Positions 63,831 to 64,000 of a stretch of 64,000 nt of DNA are shown one piece after another. Each line of letters starts with the position of its first letter. Positions within the stretch are counted from its first letter, which is position 1. The DNA is taken from the NCBI GenBank assembly GCA_047495785.1, contig JBLDXI010000009.1, positions 4,526,001 through 4,590,000 on the forward strand, read 5' to 3'. Source of the stretch: Lepidodermella squamata. Taxonomy: Eukaryota; Animalia; Gastrotricha. The notes under the pieces were generated by a model that saw nothing but the letters and a program-made list of their open reading frames with translations, made no database searches and had not been told where the DNA came from. The translations under genes were made by a program, and so were the position numbers.

Positions 63831-64000
63831 CGTGGGGCGTCAACTCATCCGCGGTCAACTCGTCCGCGACAACTCATCCGCGACAACTCGTCCAGCGACA
63901 ACTCATCCGAAATTAAATAAATATTTAAATAATTATTTTTAGTGACAACTCATCCGGTGACAACTGGCCCGGCCCGGCCGACGTGTCGCGGATGAGTTGT
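63831..64000. mobile_element. Second non-autonomous element with tandem CAACTC(A/G)TCC subrepeats inserted in the right MULE TIR; runs off the window
   Basis: GGGGCGTCAACTCATCCGCGGTCAACTCGTCCGCGACAACTCATCCGCGAC...; an inverted copy (GTCGCGGATGAGTTGT) begins at ~63985. Confidence 0.7.

Overview
This is eukaryotic (animal) genomic DNA with AT-rich, often very short (~50-70 nt) GT-AG introns, TTTCAG-type acceptors and GC/CpG-rich exons. It is probably a nematode or similar invertebrate (inference). All gene models were spliced by hand from the ORF track and splice consensus. Left to right: a divergent NEK-like kinase (+); three tandem Cys-rich EB/EGF-like-module surface-protein genes (-); Enhancer of polycomb (-); an INO80D-like zf-C3Hc3H gene (-); a GKAP/SAPAP-domain (DLGAP family) gene (-); proteasome subunit PSMD3/RPN3 (+); a fourth, intron-poor EB-module paralog (-); a B-type muscarinic acetylcholine receptor with a ~1000-aa third intracellular loop (-); and a ~5.7-kb Mutator-like element (MULE) with long TIRs. 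The most striking item is the MULE gene. It reconstructs as one ~973-aa fusion of signal-peptide-like leader, C3HC4 RING, AT-hook-like motifs, FLYWCH-like finger and MULE transposase. It is frameshifted by a 29-bp palindromic insertion with an exact 8-bp target-site duplication, and its first catalytic Asp is replaced by Asn. Several MITEs, intronic hairpins and an unnamed four-copy EKWxAExC protein motif are also present.
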